A stretch of DNA of 64,000 bases from Escherichia phage vB_EcoM_ASO2A. Positions 60,918-64,000 of the stretch are shown here, in pieces. The DNA is taken from sequence record MZ726793.1; one strand, 5' to 3'. How positions within the stretch are numbered: position 1 is the stretch's first letter; each line of letters begins with the position of its first letter. The notes under the pieces are model-generated. The model had not been told where the DNA came from. It worked only from the letters and a program-made list of their open reading frames with translations, and searched no databases. The position numbers and the translations under genes were made by a program.

Positions 60918-60947
60918 TTGACAAACGTATCCTTCATATGTTAGGAT
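60918..60947 (+). promoter_or_regulatory. tRNA-operon promoter P1 (CTATTGACAA type, extended -10)
   Basis: TTGACA 60918-60923, 18 nt, TGtTAGGAT ending at 60947; 9-bp inverted repeat ACGTATCCT/AGGATACGT at 60925-60951. Confidence 0.6.
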
Positions 60948-60960
60948 ACGTTCATCAAGT

Positions 60961-61150
60961 GTGGTAACAGGGTCGTTGACTTTTGTTAAGAGGGGCTTGC
61001 ACTGCGGTAGTGTTAGAGACTACTTCTTCAGAGGTTAGCTACCAAAGAGGAAAAGGAATAGTCTCGGCTCAAGAACTTTTACGCTGAAAGTTGGGCTTGG
61101 TCTTAGAGAATGTAGCGGTTCTCTACAATCGTCAGCGTCTCTGTTACCAC
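60961..61150 (+). ncRNA. about 190-nt structured non-tRNA RNA, first transcript element of the tRNA operon
   Basis: 10-bp closing stem GTGGTAACAG (60961-60970) / CTGTTACCAC (61141-61150), extendable by cgttgac/gtcagcg; no ORF; ends 6 nt before tRNA-Met. Confidence 0.4.
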
Positions 61151-61156
61151 ATTTAT

Positions 61157-61231
61157 GGCCCTGTAGCTCAATGGGAGAGCTGTCGGCTCATAACCGATAG
61201 GTAGCTGGATCGAAACCAGCCAGGGCCACCA
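61157..61231 (+). tRNA. tRNA-Met (CAT), CCA encoded
   Basis: acceptor GGCCCTG/CAGGGCC, anticodon loop CTCATAA, T arm GCTGG-ATCGAAA-CCAGC. Confidence 0.85.
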
Positions 61232-61233
61232 AC

Positions 61234-61308
61234 GTCTTTATGGTGTAATGGATAGCACAGGAGTCTTCTAAACTCTTAGTCAAGGTTCGATTCCTTGTAA
61301 AGACACCA
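61234..61308 (+). tRNA. tRNA-Arg (TCT), CCA encoded
   Basis: acceptor GTCTTTA/TAAAGAC, loop CTTCTAA, T arm CAAGG-TTCGATT-CCTTG. Confidence 0.85.
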
Positions 61309-61309
61309 G

Positions 61310-61492
61310 AACATTTTAACATGAATTAGCTCAAGTGATTTGAACCCACTACTGATCATGGTGGCAGAGAATGAGGCAAGTATGTCAGACATTATAAACA
61401 AAGGCCACGGTTATATTAGAAGACATAAATGCTCGAAGAGCACCGTTCGTGGAGAACGGGGTTGGTGGAGTCACCATTCATGGTAAAATGTT
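61310..61492 (+). ncRNA. about 180-nt structured non-tRNA RNA
   Basis: 17-nt closing stem AACATTTTAACATGAAT (61310-61326) / ATTCATGGTAAAATGTT (61476-61492), 16 of 17 paired; internal hairpin CCGTTCgtggaGAACGG. Confidence 0.45.
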
Positions 61493-61503
61493 TTAAAAAA
61501 CTA

Positions 61504-61533
61504 TTGACAACTAACATTATTTTATGTTAGATT
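61504..61533 (+). promoter_or_regulatory. tRNA-operon promoter P2
   Basis: aaaaCTATTGACAA, 18 nt, TGtTAGATT; inverted repeat CTAACAT/ATGTTAG at 61511-61530. Confidence 0.6.
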
Positions 61534-61541
61534 ATAAGTAT

Positions 61542-61632
61542 GGAAGGGCAAATCGACGTGGCGACGAAAACGGTCTTGAAAACCGCCGAGCTTGAAAGAG
61601 CCTTGGGAGTTCGACTCTCCCTCCTTCCGCCA
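61542..61632 (+). tRNA. tRNA-Ser (TGA), type II
   Basis: acceptor GGAAGGG/TCCTTCC, G73, loop CTTGAAA, long variable arm GCTTgaaaGAGC, T arm GGGAG-TTCGACT-CTCCC; D arm atypical in my hand fold. Confidence 0.75.
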
Positions 61633-61637
61633 GATTA

Positions 61638-61723
61638 GGTAGATTGGTGAAATGGTAGCCACGACAGTTTGCTAAACTGTAGTCGGAAACGGCGTGTAGG
61701 TTCGAGTCCTACATCTACCGCCA
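61638..61723 (+). tRNA. tRNA-Ser (GCT), type II
   Basis: acceptor GGTAGAT/ATCTACC, G73, loop TTGCTAA, variable arm GTCGgaaaCGGC. Confidence 0.85.
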
Positions 61724-61853
61724 AGTTCTTTTTAATATAGCTTACTTTAGCAGAGTAAATCTTCGGCAAGTGGCGGTAACCACTTTACCGATAACTCATA
61801 GTTAGTGGTGTGAACACTGGCTATTTTAAAAAGAATTTAAATATTAGTATTTA

Positions 61854-61941
61854 GGTGAGTTAATTCCGTAGGGGTAGCGGGGCAGACTGTAAATCTGTTA
61901 TCATTGCGATTCGGGTGGTTCGACTCCATCACTCACCACCA
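61854..61941 (+). tRNA. tRNA-Tyr (GTA), type II
   Basis: acceptor GGTGAGT/ACTCACC, A73, GCAGA-CTGTAAA-TCTGT as in E. coli tRNA-Tyr; D-arm junction atypical. Confidence 0.8.
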
Positions 61942-61947
61942 AATTAA

Positions 61948-62033
61948 GATGAGTTGGCTGAATGGTTTAAGCGGCGGACTGTTAATCCGTGTTCGAAAGA
62001 ACGATATAGGTTCAAATCCTATACTCATCGCCA
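61948..62033 (+). tRNA. type II (long variable arm) tRNA with GTT (Asn) anticodon and G73
   Basis: acceptor GATGAGT/ACTCATC, D stem GCT/AGC, GCGGA-CTGTTAA-TCCGT, variable arm GTTCgaaaGAAC+gat, T arm ATAGG-TTCAAAT-CCTAT. Confidence 0.6.
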
Positions 62034-62040
62034 GAATTAT

Positions 62041-62117
62041 GGACTTGTAGAGTTAAGGTAAACCCCCAGTCGCCAAGAGGCTTCTGGAATTGCAGGTATC
62101 GAATCCTGCCGAGTCCC
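62041..62117 (+). ncRNA. tRNA-like element without an anticodon loop
   Basis: acceptor GGACTTG/CGAGTCC, D arm with GG, T arm GCAGG..CCTGC (8-nt loop). The anticodon arm is replaced by CCAGtcGCCaagaGGCttCTGG. No CCA. Confidence 0.35.
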
Positions 62118-62123
62118 AGCTTT

Positions 62124-62198
62124 GCTCCTATAGTATAATGGCTATTACAACGGTTTTGTAATCCGTGGATCTCTGTTCGATTCAGAGTGGGAGCACCA
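62124..62198 (+). tRNA. tRNA-Thr (TGT)
   Basis: acceptor GCTCCTA/TGGGAGC, loop TTTGTAA, T arm CTCTG-TTCGATT-CAGAG. Confidence 0.8.
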
Positions 62199-62473
62199 AC
62201 ACAACATTAAGGGCACTGTGATTGATCGTCGTATCCTGTGCACAAGGTCTGTTCGAAAGACAGTGTTCTTAGTATTGTGTTGATCACACAAAAAGAGTTA
62301 CCTGAAACTTGACCGGAGTAGGGTTGGATGGGGCAAAAGAAGAAGCGGCTCTCCCATCGACAGCAACGAAGAATAATATTTGACTTTGGTTTTGTATTAT
62401 TTTAAGTTAGCTTACCGAACGTAGGGCTAGTCACCCAACGGGATACTCGTCACTGTCCCACTCAATAAAACTA

Positions 62474-62503
62474 TTGACAACCAATAGTAAAATGTAGTAT
62501 AGT
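62474..62503 (+). promoter_or_regulatory. tRNA-operon promoter P3
   Basis: aaaaCTATTGACAA, 18 nt, TATAGT 62498-62503. Confidence 0.6.
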
Positions 62504-62524
62504 AAAGATGTAGGGCGTTCTTGG

Positions 62525-62598
62525 TGTAGCGGTAGCATTCCGTCCTTCCAAGTCGGCGGCACGAGTTCGATCCTCGTAGAACGCTCCAAATTATTTAA
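62525..62598 (+). tRNA. tRNA-Gly (TCC)
   Basis: acceptor GCGTTCT/AGAACGC, loop CTTCCAA, T arm ACGAG-TTCGATC-CTCGT. Confidence 0.8.
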
Positions 62599-62678
62599 TA
62601 AAGGGTTGCCAGAAAACTTTCTCTTTTACTCATGGTTTTCTCCTTCTCTCACACCTCTTCTGGTTGCCCTTCATTAAA
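62594..62678 (+). ncRNA. long hairpin RNA with a 43-nt pyrimidine-rich loop
   Basis: arms TTTAATAAAGGGTTGCCAGAA / TTCTGGTTGCCCTTCATTAAA (about 18 of 21 paired); the loop contains TCTCCTTCTCTCACACCTC. Confidence 0.45.
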
Positions 62679-62686
62679 TGATTTAT

Positions 62687-62762
62687 TGGTTTGTAGTGTA
62701 GTCCGGTAGCACACGACACTTTGACTGTCGTAGGTTTGGTTCAAATCCAGACAGACCAGCCA
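62687..62762 (+). tRNA. tRNA-Gln (TTG)
   Basis: U1-A72 acceptor TGGTTTG/CAGACCA, G73, loop CTTTGAC. Confidence 0.8.
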
Positions 62763-62855
62763 TATAACAAAGGTGAGTCACTACCTCAAGTGTGAAGTTA
62801 AAAACGAGGAGCCGCCGAACACTTTCTTTTGCGGTGTACCTTTAGAATGTTATGA

Positions 62856-62932
62856 CGGAATTTAGCTCAGTTTGGTAGAGTGTACGCTTTGGGAGCGTAT
62901 TGTCGCAGGTTCGAATCCTGCAATTCCGACCA
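62856..62932 (+). tRNA. tRNA-Pro (TGG)
   Basis: acceptor CGGAATT/AATTCCG, loop TTTGGGA, T arm GCAGG-TTCGAAT-CCTGC. Confidence 0.85.
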
Positions 62933-62938
62933 ATTAAA

Positions 62939-63012
62939 TGTTTCGTAGTTCAATGGTAGAACCCACGACTGATAATCGTGAGATACAAGTTCGATTCTTG
63001 TCGAAACAACCA
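62939..63012 (+). tRNA. tRNA-Ile (GAT)
   Basis: acceptor TGTTTCG/CGAAACA, loop CTGATAA, T arm ACAAG-TTCGATT-CTTGT. Confidence 0.8.
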
Positions 63013-63014
63013 GT

Positions 63015-63084
63015 TTCCCGTTAGACTTACAGGATAAGAGTTCCACAATTTATTGTGACGCTGGTTCGAATCCAGCACGGGATA
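63015..63084 (+). ncRNA. tRNA-like element without an anticodon loop
   Basis: acceptor tTCCCGT/ACGGGAt and T arm GCTGG-TTCGAAT-CCAGC are intact. The anticodon arm is CACAA-ttta-TTGTG (4-nt loop). No CCA. Confidence 0.35.
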
Positions 63085-63090
63085 CATAAT

Positions 63091-63169
63091 AGCGGGATAG
63101 AGGAGTCTGGTCGTCCTCGCCAGTTTCATATGCTGGAGATCATTGGTTCAAATCCAATTCCCGCCTCCA
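63091..63169 (+). tRNA. tRNA with CAT anticodon (Met, or Ile2 if lysidine-modified), 1:72 mismatch
   Basis: acceptor aGCGGGA/TCCCGCc, loop TTCATAT, T arm ATTGG-TTCAAAT-CCAAT, CCA encoded. Confidence 0.75.
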
Positions 63170-63284
63170 AATATCGCTTGCCAGCGGTATCTTTGAAGAC
63201 CTTGCCTGGTTCCTTCTAAGATGGAGGGGTGCGACTCCTTAACGCACAATTATAATAAAGCATTTCAAATTAACAGTATTTATT

Positions 63285-63307
63285 AGCCTCCTTATTGGAG
63301 GCTTTTT
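63285..63307 (+). terminator. Rho-independent terminator closing the tRNA operon
   Basis: AGCCTCCttatTGGAGGCT + ttttt. Confidence 0.75.
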
Positions 63308-63326
63308 GCTATCTATTGAATAAAAC

Positions 63327-63355
63327 TTGACTTATTATTTTTTATATGTTAAGAT
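63327..63355 (+). promoter_or_regulatory. extended -10 promoter
   Basis: TTGACT 63327-63332, 17 nt, TGtTAAGAT ending at 63355. Confidence 0.55.
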
Positions 63356-63376
63356 AAAGTTTAGGAGGATTTTATT

Positions 63377-63673
63377 ATGCCTAAACTAAAACGTGGTCGT
63401 GGAAGACCAACAGCCGAAATGCAACAGATTTACGCAATGGATGCGGCGCAAGCAAGTGTAAAAGAATTATTTGCAGAGCATTATTTAGAAGCTATGCGGT
63501 ATATTGTTGAACTTGTTAATGATAAGGATGCAGCAAAACCTCTCCGCTTCCAAGCAGCTAAAGCTATTAAAGAGCAAGTAGAAGAATGGTTAGAAGAACA
63601 TTATGAAGCTATGGAAGAAGAAACCCCTGCCGTGCAGAATACAGATGACGTTCCTAAAAAGATCGTAATCTAA
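63377..63673 (+). CDS. small protein with N-terminal AT-hook-like motif (98 aa)
   Basis: SD taggagg; KRGRGRPT; acidic C-terminus. Confidence 0.6.
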   Translation: MPKLKRGRGRPTAEMQQIYAMDAAQASVKELFAEHYLEAMRYIVELVNDKDAAKPLRFQAAKAIKEQVEEWLEEHYEAMEEETPAVQNTDDVPKKIVI

Positions 63674-63722
63674 TCCCTCTCCTCTCTTGGGGCTTTGCCC
63701 CTCCTCCTTGTTATTTTTAACA

Positions 63723-63752
63723 CCCCTCTCCGAAAGGTTAGGGGCTTTTTTA
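63723..63752 (+). terminator. Rho-independent terminator
   Basis: CCCCTctCCgaaaGGttAGGGG + ctttttta. Confidence 0.55.
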
Positions 63753-63762
63753 TTTTTAATGC

Positions 63763-63792
63763 TTGCAATTATATATCATTTTGTGATAAGAT
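63763..63792 (+). promoter_or_regulatory. extended -10 promoter
   Basis: TTGCAA 63763-63768, 18 nt, TGaTAAGAT ending at 63792. Confidence 0.5.
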
Positions 63793-63813
63793 CAGATATG
63801 AGGAGGATAAAAT

Positions 63814-63984
63814 ATGCGCAATTTTGTAGTTAAAAATGATTTTAACCGTTCTTCTTATCATAAAGATAAAAAGAATGATTACACACGGGCTTGGAACTTG
63901 GAGGAAGAACTTTATGATGACAGAGAAGACTTGGGAAGAGATCCTAGCGGAGGCTCAACCAATGGAAGTGAAGAAGATAGTTAA
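63814..63984 (+). CDS. hypothetical protein (56 aa)
   Basis: not in track; SD gaggagg; MRNFVVKNDFNRSSYHKDKKNDYTRAW... Confidence 0.5.
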   Translation: MRNFVVKNDFNRSSYHKDKKNDYTRAWNLEEELYDDREDLGRDPSGGSTNGSEEDS

Positions 63985-64000
63985 CAACGCCCCTTCTCTT

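Noticed and set aside
63170-63250. T-arm-like sequence GAGGG-GTGCGAC-TCCTT suggesting an extra tRNA
   Set aside because: No complementary acceptor 5' strand, D arm or anticodon arm can be found upstream. It is probably a fragment or an unrelated hairpin.

Overview
The window looks like an early/middle (non-structural) region of a large virulent tailed phage. It has no capsid, tail or terminase genes, no rRNA and no CRISPR. I cannot assign it to a taxon. The gene content is T5/T4-like in style: a tRNA bank, NrdAB, PhoH, a Ser/Thr phosphatase, a SIR2-like protein and a T4-type lysozyme.

Five blocks are visible:
- (A) 1-5150, plus strand. About 16 very small ORFs in visibly more GC-rich DNA. 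Ten of the gene units are preceded by the same cassette: a sigma70-type promoter followed by a 5'-terminal GC hairpin. The same terminator sequence is used three times.
- 5148-6659. A 1.5 kb gene-free, A+C-skewed, repeat- and palindrome-rich tract.
- (B) 6660-19968 and (C) 20329-23400, plus strand. About 55 small ORFs with strong AGGAGG-type Shine-Dalgarno (SD) sites. They include several paralog families (one with six members) and a small serine recombinase.
- (D) 23470-59699, minus strand. A 36 kb, largely translationally coupled block. It encodes SIR2-like, two DNA methyltransferase-like proteins, Ser/Thr phosphatase, HslV-like peptidase, PhoH, T4-type lysozyme, glutaredoxin, a complete rmlBACD dTDP-L-rhamnose pathway, NrdAB, ThyX, HAD nucleotidase, HNH endonuclease, a DUF3310 protein, two exonucleases, an RdgC-like protein, a MazG-like protein, ATP-dependent DNA ligase, and an RNA-repair set (Pnk-like kinase, Rnl1-like RNA ligase, metallophosphoesterase).
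- (E) 59700-64000. A GTAC/AT-rich divergent intergenic region, three small ORFs, then a promoter-driven tRNA bank. The bank holds 12 cloverleaf tRNAs (one is a type-II body with a GUU anticodon), 2 tRNA-like elements without an anticodon loop, and several structured non-tRNA RNAs.

All functional calls come from motifs I recognise by eye in the supplied translations. All RNA folds are hand folds. Nothing was searched against a database.
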